The translations under genes were made by a program, and so were the position numbers. A DNA stretch of 64,000 nt from Planctomycetota bacterium (GTDB taxonomy: Bacteria; Planctomycetota; UBA1135; UBA2386), in contig JBKAGP010000001.1 of NCBI GenBank assembly GCA_046290465.1, positions 416,001-480,000 on the forward strand, written 5' to 3'. Below are positions 1 through 8,368 of the stretch, one piece after another. Under the pieces are notes generated by a model. The model did not search any database. It was not told the origin of the DNA and was given only the letters and a program-made list of their open reading frames with translations. Each line of letters opens with the position of its first letter. Position 1 is the first letter of the stretch.

Positions 1-252
1 GACTTCCTGCAGGGCTCGTTCAAGACGCTCGACGACGTCGAGCGCGGCCTGCCGGTGCCGGTGCTCGGCGGCGTCGCCCACCTCGAGACCGTCGACGAAC
101 GCCTGCACGCGGTGCGCAGCCGCCGCCGCGTGGCGGTCGTCTCCGGCACCGCCGTCGCGCTGGTGACCGTCATCGTGTCGATCTTCTACTTCGACCCGAC
201 GATGTTGCCGACGTGGGTCTCCGACCTGTTGCGAACCATCCTCGGCGCCTGA
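1..252 (+). CDS. Polysaccharide chain-length determinant (Wzz/Wzc/GumC-like, XrtA system), 3' partial
   Basis: Frame 1 is open from base 1: DFLQGSFKTLDDVERGLPVPVLG followed by a TM helix, the typical C-terminus of this family; first gene of the EPS cluster. Confidence 0.7.
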   Translation, partial: DFLQGSFKTLDDVERGLPVPVLGGVAHLETVDERLHAVRSRRRVAVVSGTAVALVTVIVSIFYFDPTMLPTWVSDLLRTILGA

Positions 253-279
253 TCCGAGGGAGCTGATCCCGGCCGTTCG

Positions 280-1719
280 ATGCGCGACCTGATCGTCTTC
301 CTGTTCGTGATGGCGATGATGCCGACGGCCTTCCGTCGGCCGTACCTCGGCATGCTGCTGTTCAGCTGGCTCGCCTACATGCGGCCGCAGGACCTGTGCT
401 GGGGCTTCGCGCGCACGATGCGGCTGTCGTTCTTCGTGTCGATCGCGATGCTGGCCGGCTGGTGGGCCAACGAGCAGGGGCGCAGGCCGTTCACGAGGTG
501 GGAGCCGCGCACCGCGATGATGGTGCTGCTGATGGTGCTGATCGCGATCAGCTACGGGCAGGCGCAGATCCAGGACGAGTACACCAACCGCTACTTCTTC
601 GAGTACTGCAAGATCGTCGTGATCGCGCTGTTCACGGTCGGGCAGTGCGACACCAAGGAACGGCTGCGCGGCATGTTCTGGGTGATCGCGATCTCGCTCG
701 GCTTCTTCGGCGTCAAGAGCGGCCTGTGGGGCGTGCTGACCGGCGGCGGCAGCCAGATCCTTCGCGGCCCCGGTGGCATGCTCGAGGACAACAACGACTT
801 CGCGCTGGCCCTGGTGATGAACGTGCCGCTGCTGTGGTACATGGGCATCGGCGAGAACAAGGACTGGGTGCGCAAGGCGACGCTCGCGGCGGTCGGGCTG
901 ACCGTGATCACGGTGTTGCTGACGCACAGCCGCGGGGCGTTCCTGTCGCTGTGCTTCACGGCGATGTGGATCGCGTGGCGCTCGGGCAAGCTGCTGCGCG
1001 CGCTGATGGTGCTGGTGATGCTGGCGGCGCTGTTCCCGGTGTTCGCGCCCGAGCACGTGCTCGAGCGGCTGGCGTCGATCGGCGACACCAACGAGTCGTC
1101 GGCGAACGCGCGGCTAACCGCGTGGGCGACCGCGTTCGAGATGGTCAAGGACAACCCGTTCTGGGGCGTCGGCATGCGCAACTTCCAGCCGCGCTACCCG
1201 GAGTACTCGGTGGTGCCGCTCGGCGCCGGCTCGCACACCTACGTCGCGCACAACAGCTACTTCCAGATCTGGGCCGAGTCCGGCACGCTCGCGTTCCTCG
1301 TCTACCTCGCCGTGCTGGCCTCGGTGTTCCTGTCGCTCGGTCGCATCTACCGGCAGTGCCGCTACCGGCCGGACCTGCAGTGGGCGAGCAACTACGCGCG
1401 CATGATGGAGGCGACCACGGTCGGCTTCGCGGTGGGCGCGTTCTTCCTCAACCGCGGCCACTTCGACCTGTTCTACCACTGGCTGGCGCTGGTCGCGGCG
1501 CTCAACCTGTGCGTGCGAGCGGCGCTGCGCCGCGCGCCGGTGGCGGCGGCGCCGGCGACCGATCGGCCGCGACGAGGCGGTGGCGTCGTCAAGGTCGCGC
1601 TGCCGGGGCTGCGGTCGGCCGGTCGGCCGGCGGTCGCGCTCGGCGGCGCGGTCGAGGTCGGCCACGGCGGGCTCTCGCGGGCCGGCACCGGCGGACGCCG
1701 CCGCACGGGGTGGCGCTGA
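280..1719 (+). CDS. Putative O-glycosylation ligase (Wzy_C/O-antigen ligase), exosortase A-associated
   Basis: Multi-TM; motifs EDNNDFAL, THSRGAFL, PFWGVG, AHNSYFQIWAESG; Gly/Arg-rich C-tail. Confidence 0.88.
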   Translation: MRDLIVFLFVMAMMPTAFRRPYLGMLLFSWLAYMRPQDLCWGFARTMRLSFFVSIAMLAGWWANEQGRRPFTRWEPRTAMMVLLMVLIAISYGQAQIQDEYTNRYFFEYCKIVVIALFTVGQCDTKERLRGMFWVIAISLGFFGVKSGLWGVLTGGGSQILRGPGGMLEDNNDFALALVMNVPLLWYMGIGENKDWVRKATLAAVGLTVITVLLTHSRGAFLSLCFTAMWIAWRSGKLLRALMVLVMLAALFPVFAPEHVLERLASIGDTNESSANARLTAWATAFEMVKDNPFWGVGMRNFQPRYPEYSVVPLGAGSHTYVAHNSYFQIWAESGTLAFLVYLAVLASVFLSLGRIYRQCRYRPDLQWASNYARMMEATTVGFAVGAFFLNRGHFDLFYHWLALVAALNLCVRAALRRAPVAAAPATDRPRRGGGVVKVALPGLRSAGRPAVALGGAVEVGHGGLSRAGTGGRRRTGWR

Positions 1720-3572
1720 TGTGCGGCATCAGCGGCATGTTCGCGTACTCGCGCGAACGCTCGGTCGACCCAGCGCTGGTCGCGCGCATGAACGACACGT
1801 TGGTGCATCGCGGCCCCGACGGCCACGACCTGCGCCAGGGACCCGGCTACGTGCTCGGCCACCGCCGGCTGGCGATCGTCGACGTCGCCGGTGGCCTGCA
1901 GCCGATGGCGACCGCCGACGGGCGGCTGTGGGTGACGTTCAACGGCGAGATCTACAACTACCTCGAACTGCGCCGGCAGCTCGAGGCCAAGGGCGTGACG
2001 TTCCGGACCCGCAGCGACACCGAGGTGCTGCTGTACGGCTACCGCGAGTGGGGCACGCAGCTCGCGTCGAAGCTGCGCGGCATGTTCGCGTTCGTGATCG
2101 TCGACGAACAGCGGCACGAGCTGTACGGCGCGCGCGACCGCGTCGGCAAGAAGCCGTTCTACTGGTGCGAGCACGACGGCGCGTTCGCGTTCGGCAGCGA
2201 GCTGAAGGCGCTGCGCGAGCTGCCGCGCAGCTGGCGGCTGCGGCCGGACGCGATCGCGCAGTTCCTGGCGCTGCGCTACGTGCCCGATCCGCTGACCGTG
2301 TTCGAGGACGTGCACAAGCTGCCGCCGGCGCACCAGGTGGTGGTGCGCGACGGCCGGGTCGCGACCGAACGCTACTGGCGGCTGGAGTTCGCGCCGGACC
2401 AGCGCAGCAAGCAAGAGCATCGCGAGGCGGTGCTGCAGCGGCTCGACGACGCGGTCGACGTGCGGCTGATGGGCGAGGTGCCGCTGGCGCCGTTCCTGTC
2501 CGGCGGCGTCGACAGCTACGCGGTGGTCGACTCGATGACGCGCACGCTCGGCCGCCCGGTCGAGGCCTGCACGATCGGCTTCTCGGAGCCGCGCTTCGAC
2601 GAACGTCCGGGCGCGCGCGAGTCGGCCGCGGCCTGCGGCGCGTCGCTGCGCGAGGAGGTGCTCGACGTCGACACGCTGCTGCAGCTCGACTGGTTCGCCG
2701 ACACCTACGACGAGCCGTTCAGCGACAGCAGCGCGATCCCGACCTACCACGTCAGCCGGCTGGCGCGCCGGCACGTCACGGTCGCGCTGTCCGGCGACGG
2801 CGGCGACGAGGGCTTCGGCGGCTACCGTCGCTACCTGTTCGACCGCAACGAGCACCGCGCCAGGCGCCGGCTGCCGCGGTTCGTCTGGCAGGCGCTCGGG
2901 GCGCTCTACCCGAAGGCCGACTGGCTGCCGCGCTACCTGCGCGCCCGGCGCACCCTGCAGAACCTCGCGCGCGATCCGGCCGAGGCCTACGCGCGTTCGG
3001 TCAGCGCGCACCTGCCCGAGGAGGTCCTTTTGGTGCTGCGGCGCGACCACCACGACGCCGCCGGGGATCCGCACGCACCGCTGCTGCGCGCCTATCGGGC
3101 GTCGACGGCGACGCACCCGCTGCACCGCGCGGTCGCCACCGACCTCGAGACCTGGCTGCCGGGGGACATCCTGGTCAAGGCCGACCGCGCCTCGATGGCG
3201 GTGTCGCTCGAGGTGCGCGCGCCGTTCCTCGACCACCACATGCTCGAGGAGGCGGCCACGATCCCGGCCGACTGGCACTTCGACGGCGGCCGCACCAAGG
3301 CGTTCCTGCGCGACACGCTGGCGCAGCGACTGACGCCGTCGGCGCTGCAGCGCAAGAAGATGGGCTTCTCGGTGCCGCTGCGTTCATGGTGCCAGGGGCC
3401 GATCGGCGATGCGGTCGAGGCGGTGCTCGGCGAGTCCAGGCTGCGCGAGTGGATCGAGCCCGAGGTCGTGCGCGACCTGCTGCAGCGCCACCGGCAGGGG
3501 GTCGGGGATCACGCCGAGATGCTGTGGGCGGTGCTGGTGCTGGCGCGATTCCTCGAGAGGTGGGCCGGCTGA
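1719..3572 (+). CDS. asnB: Asparagine synthase (glutamine-hydrolysing)-family amidotransferase, XrtA/PEP-CTERM type
   Basis: True start ATG1719 (TGATG overlap): MCGI, HRGPD, GHRRLAIVD, FNGEIYNY, FLSGGVDS, SGDGGDE, KADRASMAVSLEVRAPFLD. Confidence 0.93.
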   Translation: MCGISGMFAYSRERSVDPALVARMNDTLVHRGPDGHDLRQGPGYVLGHRRLAIVDVAGGLQPMATADGRLWVTFNGEIYNYLELRRQLEAKGVTFRTRSDTEVLLYGYREWGTQLASKLRGMFAFVIVDEQRHELYGARDRVGKKPFYWCEHDGAFAFGSELKALRELPRSWRLRPDAIAQFLALRYVPDPLTVFEDVHKLPPAHQVVVRDGRVATERYWRLEFAPDQRSKQEHREAVLQRLDDAVDVRLMGEVPLAPFLSGGVDSYAVVDSMTRTLGRPVEACTIGFSEPRFDERPGARESAAACGASLREEVLDVDTLLQLDWFADTYDEPFSDSSAIPTYHVSRLARRHVTVALSGDGGDEGFGGYRRYLFDRNEHRARRRLPRFVWQALGALYPKADWLPRYLRARRTLQNLARDPAEAYARSVSAHLPEEVLLVLRRDHHDAAGDPHAPLLRAYRASTATHPLHRAVATDLETWLPGDILVKADRASMAVSLEVRAPFLDHHMLEEAATIPADWHFDGGRTKAFLRDTLAQRLTPSALQRKKMGFSVPLRSWCQGPIGDAVEAVLGESRLREWIEPEVVRDLLQRHRQGVGDHAEMLWAVLVLARFLERWAG

Positions 3573-4747
3573 TGGTGCACGTCGTCACGTTCAGCAACCT
3601 GTTCCCGTCGTCGGTGATGCCGACGCACGGCCTGTTCGTGCAAGAACGGATGCGGCGCGTCGTCGCCGCCGGCGGCTTCCGCTGGTCGGTGGTCGCGCCG
3701 GTGCCCGACGTCATCTGGCCGCTGCGGCGCGGCGCCTACAAGGCGTGGGCGGCGGTGCCGCGGAGCGAGTCGCGCGGCGGCGTCGACGTGCACCACCCGC
3801 GCTTTCGGCACTGGCCCGGGATGTCGCAGCGGCGGCAGGCCGACGCGGTGCGCGACGGCGCGCGCTCGCTGCTGCGCCAGCTGTGTGCCGACGGCCCCGT
3901 CGTCGTCGATGCGCACTACCTGTGGCCGGACGGCGTCGCCGCGGGAGAACTCGCGCAGGAGCTCGCCGTGCCGTTCACGCTGACCGCGCGCGGCACCGAC
4001 GTCAACGTGCTGGCGCAGGACCCGGCGATCGCGGCGCGCATCGCGGCAGTCGCCGCGGCCGCGCACGCCTGCATGGCGGTCAGCGACGCGCTCGGCCAAC
4101 GCTTCGCCGCCGCCGCCGGCCTGCCCGACGGCGCGGTGCGCACGGTGCGCAACGGCGTCGACCTCGACCGGTTCGCGCCCGGCGACCAGGCGGCCGCGCG
4201 GGCGGCGCTGGGCCTGCCGGTCGACGGGCGGATCGCGCTCGGCGTCGGCCGGCTGGTGCCCGGCAAGGGCTTCGACGTCGCCGCGCGCGCCGTGCGCCAG
4301 CTCGACGACCTGACGCTGGTGCTGGTCGGTGCGGGCGCCGAACGGCCGACGATCGAGGACGCCGGCGGTGGCCGGGTCCGCTTCCTCGGCGCGCAACCGC
4401 CCGAACGGGTCGCGCTCGCCTATCGCGCCGCGGACCTGCTGGTGCTGCCGAGCGAGCGCGAGGGCTGGCCCAACGTGGTCACCGAGGCGCTCGCCTGTGG
4501 CCTGCCGGTGGTCGCCTCGCGCGTCGGCGGCATCCCGCAGATTCTCGGCGACGACCCGCCGCCGCAGCTCGGCGCGATGGTCCAGCCGGGCGACGTCGAC
4601 GGGCTGGTCACCGCGCTCACCGCGACGCTGGCCGCGGGCCGCCGCACCGACGAGGTGCGCGCGTTCGCCGAGCGCTACGGGTGGGCCGAGCCGGTCGCCG
4701 AACTGGTCGACACGTTCCGTGCGGCGGCGCAGGAGGCAGCGCGATGA
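3572..4747 (+). CDS. Glycosyltransferase family 4 (TuaC-like)
   Basis: ATG3572 coupled to upstream TGA; NGVDLDRF, GRLVPGKG, PSEREGWPNVVTEALACG (EX7E). Confidence 0.9.
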   Translation: MVHVVTFSNLFPSSVMPTHGLFVQERMRRVVAAGGFRWSVVAPVPDVIWPLRRGAYKAWAAVPRSESRGGVDVHHPRFRHWPGMSQRRQADAVRDGARSLLRQLCADGPVVVDAHYLWPDGVAAGELAQELAVPFTLTARGTDVNVLAQDPAIAARIAAVAAAAHACMAVSDALGQRFAAAAGLPDGAVRTVRNGVDLDRFAPGDQAAARAALGLPVDGRIALGVGRLVPGKGFDVAARAVRQLDDLTLVLVGAGAERPTIEDAGGGRVRFLGAQPPERVALAYRAADLLVLPSEREGWPNVVTEALACGLPVVASRVGGIPQILGDDPPPQLGAMVQPGDVDGLVTALTATLAAGRRTDEVRAFAERYGWAEPVAELVDTFRAAAQEAAR

Positions 4748-5943
4748 GCGAACCGAGGCGCGTGCTCTACCACCATCGGATCCGGGCCGACGACGGCCAG
4801 GCCGTGCACGTGCGCGAGCTGATCACGGCGCTGCGGGCGCAGGGCCACACCGTCGACGAGTGCGCGTTGGTGCCGAAGGCCGTGTCTGCGACGCCCGCCG
4901 CCGCGGCCGACGATCGCGAGCCCGGCGGCGGCTTCTGGCAGCGGCTGAGCCTGCCGCGCACCGCGGTCGAGGTCGCCGAGGTCGTCTACAACCACAAGGG
5001 CCGGGCGATGCTGCGCACAGCGGCGCGCCTGGCCCGTCCCGACTTCGTCTACGAACGGCACGCGCTGCACCTGCGCGCCGGCCTCGACGTCGCGCGCGAG
5101 CTGTCGGTGCCGCTGCTGCTCGAGGTCAACTCGCCGATGACCGTCGAGATGGAACGGCTCGGCAAGCTGTGCCTGCCGCGGCGCGCGCGCCGCACCGAGC
5201 GCCACGTGCTGCAGCACGCCGACGCGGTGCTGGCCGTGACCGAGGTGCTCGCCGACGTGCTGGTCGACCTCGGCGCCCGTCGCGAGCGCGTGCACGTGAT
5301 CGGCAACGGCGCCGTGCCGGACCGCTACGACGAGGCCGCCCAGCGACGCGCCGCCGCGCTGCGCGGCTCGTGGCAGCTGCCGGACGACGCGTTCGTGCTC
5401 GGCTTCGTCGGCTACATGCGGCCGTGGCATCGGCTCGATCTGGTTCTCGACGTGATGTGCCGGCCCGGCTTCGAACGGCTGCAGCTGGCGCTGATGGGCG
5501 AAGGCCCGGCGCTCGAGCCGCTGCTCGAGCAGGCGCACGGCCGCGGCGTGCAGGACCGCGTGCGCGCGTTCGGCGTGGTCGCACCGGCCGAGCTGCCGAC
5601 CCACGTGATGGCGTGCGACGGCGCGCTGATCCCGGCGATCAACGCCTACGCGTCGCCGCTCAAGCTGTTCGACTCGCTGTGCGCCGGCGTCGTGACGCTG
5701 GCACCCGACCAGCCGAATCTGCGCGAGAACATCGAGCACGGCGAGAACGGCCTGCTGTTCGCCGCCGGCGACGCCGACGACCTGGCCGCGCAGCTGCGGC
5801 GGGTGGTGGCCGATCGCGAGCTGTCGCAGCGCATCGGCGCGGCCGGTCGTCGCTCGCTGCTGGAGCGCCGCTGGACCTGGGCGGGCAACGCCGACCGCGT
5901 GCTCGAGGTGTTCGAACGGCTGCGAGGAGAGGTGCCGGCATGA
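4744..5943 (+). CDS. Glycosyltransferase family 4
   Basis: ATGA overlap; YERH, LLEVNSP, GFVGYMRPWH, YASPLKLFD motif. Confidence 0.88.
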   Translation: MSEPRRVLYHHRIRADDGQAVHVRELITALRAQGHTVDECALVPKAVSATPAAAADDREPGGGFWQRLSLPRTAVEVAEVVYNHKGRAMLRTAARLARPDFVYERHALHLRAGLDVARELSVPLLLEVNSPMTVEMERLGKLCLPRRARRTERHVLQHADAVLAVTEVLADVLVDLGARRERVHVIGNGAVPDRYDEAAQRRAAALRGSWQLPDDAFVLGFVGYMRPWHRLDLVLDVMCRPGFERLQLALMGEGPALEPLLEQAHGRGVQDRVRAFGVVAPAELPTHVMACDGALIPAINAYASPLKLFDSLCAGVVTLAPDQPNLRENIEHGENGLLFAAGDADDLAAQLRRVVADRELSQRIGAAGRRSLLERRWTWAGNADRVLEVFERLRGEVPA

Positions 5944-7469
5944 AGTCGTTCGTCGCCGTGTTCCTGCCGCTGCTGGTCGCCTATGCGATGGCGCTGCTCT
6001 GGTGCGTCGATCGCTGGAACGCGCCGACCGAGTACTTCGCGCACTGCTGGCTGGTGCCGCTGGTCGGCGCCGCGGTGGTGCTGCACCGGCGCGCGCAGTG
6101 GCGCCTGCGGCCGCGCGCGACCGACCTCGGCGGACTGTGGCTGCTGGTGCCGGCGCTGCTGCTGCACCTGGTCGGCGCGGCGCTGATGATCGACTCGTGG
6201 TCGGCCGCGAGCCTGGTGCTCGCCGTGCCCGGCGCCGCCTGGCTGGCGCTCGGGCGCGAACGGCTGACCGGGCTGTGGCCGGTGCTGTGGCTGACGCTGT
6301 TCGCGGTGCCGACGCCGATCTACGTCGAGGGCCGGCTCGCCTTCGAGCTCAAGGAGGTCGCGGTGGTCGGCGGCTCGTGGCTCGCCAACCTGTTCGGCGC
6401 CGACGTCGTCCGCCAGGGGGACCGGCTGCTGCCGACCGGCATCGAAGGCTCGCTGTTCGTCGCCGACGCCTGCAGCGGGCTGCGTTCGCTGCTGGCGATG
6501 CTGACGCTCGCCTATTGCCTTTCGTTCTTCACCGGACCGCAGCGCCGGTCGCGGCGGCTGGTGCTGCTGCTGATGGCGGCGCCGGTCGCGGTGCTCGCCA
6601 ACGTCTGCCGGATCGCGGCGCTGTGCCTGCTGGCGCGCTGGTTCGGGGTGCCGTTCGCCGAGGGCACCGGCCACACCATCGCCAACGTGGTCGAGTGGGT
6701 CTCGCTGCTGGTGATCCTGGTGACGGTCGACGGTGTGCTGGCGCGCCGACTCGGCAGCGAGGCTTCGGAGCGGCCGACGATGCCGTCGATCGAGGTGCCG
6801 CGAGCCGCGGCAAGGACGTCATTGCGCGGGCCGGCGATCGCGCTGTGGCTGTGCGCCGGGCCGCTGCTGTGGCTGAGCGTCTACCGCCCGTTCGGCGACC
6901 GCACCGACCGCGCCGAACGGCTGCCCGCGCAGCTGGCCGGCTACACGCTGCAGCCGCGCAGCGCCGACGACGAGCAGGAGTTCCAGCAGGCGCTGCCGCG
7001 CTGGCGCGAACTGCTCGGCACCGGCGACTTCGTCTGGCGGCGCTATCGCGACGAGCAGCGGCACCTGATCAGCCTGGTCGCGCTGTTCCACGACACCAAC
7101 TGGAAGAGCGTGCACCCGCCGCGGATCTGCATCGAAGGCAGCAACATGACCATCGTGCGCGACGACCTGGTCGACGCGCCGTGGCTCGGCGACGGCGTCG
7201 CCGTCAGCCGCATCCGGGCGAACAGCCGCACCGACCAGTGGCGCTACGTTACGCTGAGCGTGTTCGGCACCACCGACTGGGCCTCGGGCGACTACTGGGA
7301 CTTCACGATGTACCACCTGCCGCGCGCCGTGCTGCGCGCCAACGAGTCCGGCTTCCTGCTGCGCGTCGAGTCGCCGATCTACGACGGCGAGGGGCCCGAG
7401 GTCGCCGAGGCGCGCTGTGCCGCGTTCCTGCGCCAGCTGGTGCCGTCGGCGAGGAGCCTGTTGCGATGA
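5940..7469 (+). CDS. Exosortase fused to C-terminal EpsI-like domain
   Basis: ATGA overlap; catalytic triad motifs VADACSGLRS (Cys), ANVCRI (Arg), GTGH (His); C-terminal HPPRICIEG is EpsI-like. Confidence 0.9.
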   Translation: MKSFVAVFLPLLVAYAMALLWCVDRWNAPTEYFAHCWLVPLVGAAVVLHRRAQWRLRPRATDLGGLWLLVPALLLHLVGAALMIDSWSAASLVLAVPGAAWLALGRERLTGLWPVLWLTLFAVPTPIYVEGRLAFELKEVAVVGGSWLANLFGADVVRQGDRLLPTGIEGSLFVADACSGLRSLLAMLTLAYCLSFFTGPQRRSRRLVLLLMAAPVAVLANVCRIAALCLLARWFGVPFAEGTGHTIANVVEWVSLLVILVTVDGVLARRLGSEASERPTMPSIEVPRAAARTSLRGPAIALWLCAGPLLWLSVYRPFGDRTDRAERLPAQLAGYTLQPRSADDEQEFQQALPRWRELLGTGDFVWRRYRDEQRHLISLVALFHDTNWKSVHPPRICIEGSNMTIVRDDLVDAPWLGDGVAVSRIRANSRTDQWRYVTLSVFGTTDWASGDYWDFTMYHLPRAVLRANESGFLLRVESPIYDGEGPEVAEARCAAFLRQLVPSARSLLR

Positions 7470-8368
7470 GTGCGGTGCACGCGATGTCCGTCGACGTCGA
7501 GGACTGGTTCCAGGTCCTCAACATGGCGCACCTGATCGACCGGTCCGACTGGGACGGGTTCGAGCTGCGCTGCGGCGACGCGACCCGGCGGCTGCTGGAG
7601 CTGTTCGCGCGGCGCGACGCCAAGGCGACGTTCTTCTGCCTCGGCTGGATCGCCGAGCGCATGCCCGACGTGATCCGCGAGATCCACGACGCGGGCCACG
7701 AGATCGGCAGCCACGGCTACGACCACCGCGTGCTGCCCGACCTCGGCCAGCAGGGCTTCCGCGACGACCTCGAACGGACCGCGGCGATCCTCGCCGGCAT
7801 CACCGGCCGGCGGCCGACCGCGTTCCGCGCCTGCACGTGGTCGATCGGCCGCAAGACGCCGTGGGCCGTCGACGAACTGCTGCGCAGCGGCATCACGATG
7901 GACAGTTCGATCCAGCCGGTGCGGCACCCGGACTACGGGGTGCCGAGCGCGCCGACGACGCCGTACCGGATCGAGGCCGAGGCCGGCCATGGCCACCCCC
8001 GCGAACTGCTCGAGTTCCCGCCGCTGACGTGGGACGTGCTCGGCAAGCACGTGCCGGTCGGCGGCGGCGGCTACCTGCGCCTGTTCCCGCTCTGGTTGCT
8101 GCACAAGGGCCTGCACCAGAAGGAACGGCTCGGCGTGCCCGGCTGCATCTACCTGCATCCGTGGGAGGTCGACCCGGAGCAGCCGCGTCAACGGCTTGGC
8201 GGCGTGCGCGGCTTCCGCCACTACGTCAACCTCGGCAAGACCTACGACAAGCTCGACCGGCTGCTGCAGGCCCACCGCTTCGACACGATGTCGGCGGCGC
8301 TGGCTCAGCGCGGCGACAGCTGGCGCACGAAGCTGCCGGCGTACCGCGCCAGCGAACTGCTCGGGTAG
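7466..8368 (+). CDS. Polysaccharide deacetylase (CE4), XrtA/PEP-CTERM type
   Basis: SVDVEDWF, ATFFCLGW, GHEIGSHGYDH, GGGGYLRL, YLHPWEVDPEQPR. Confidence 0.92.
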   Translation: MSAVHAMSVDVEDWFQVLNMAHLIDRSDWDGFELRCGDATRRLLELFARRDAKATFFCLGWIAERMPDVIREIHDAGHEIGSHGYDHRVLPDLGQQGFRDDLERTAAILAGITGRRPTAFRACTWSIGRKTPWAVDELLRSGITMDSSIQPVRHPDYGVPSAPTTPYRIEAEAGHGHPRELLEFPPLTWDVLGKHVPVGGGGYLRLFPLWLLHKGLHQKERLGVPGCIYLHPWEVDPEQPRQRLGGVRGFRHYVNLGKTYDKLDRLLQAHRFDTMSAALAQRGDSWRTKLPAYRASELLG

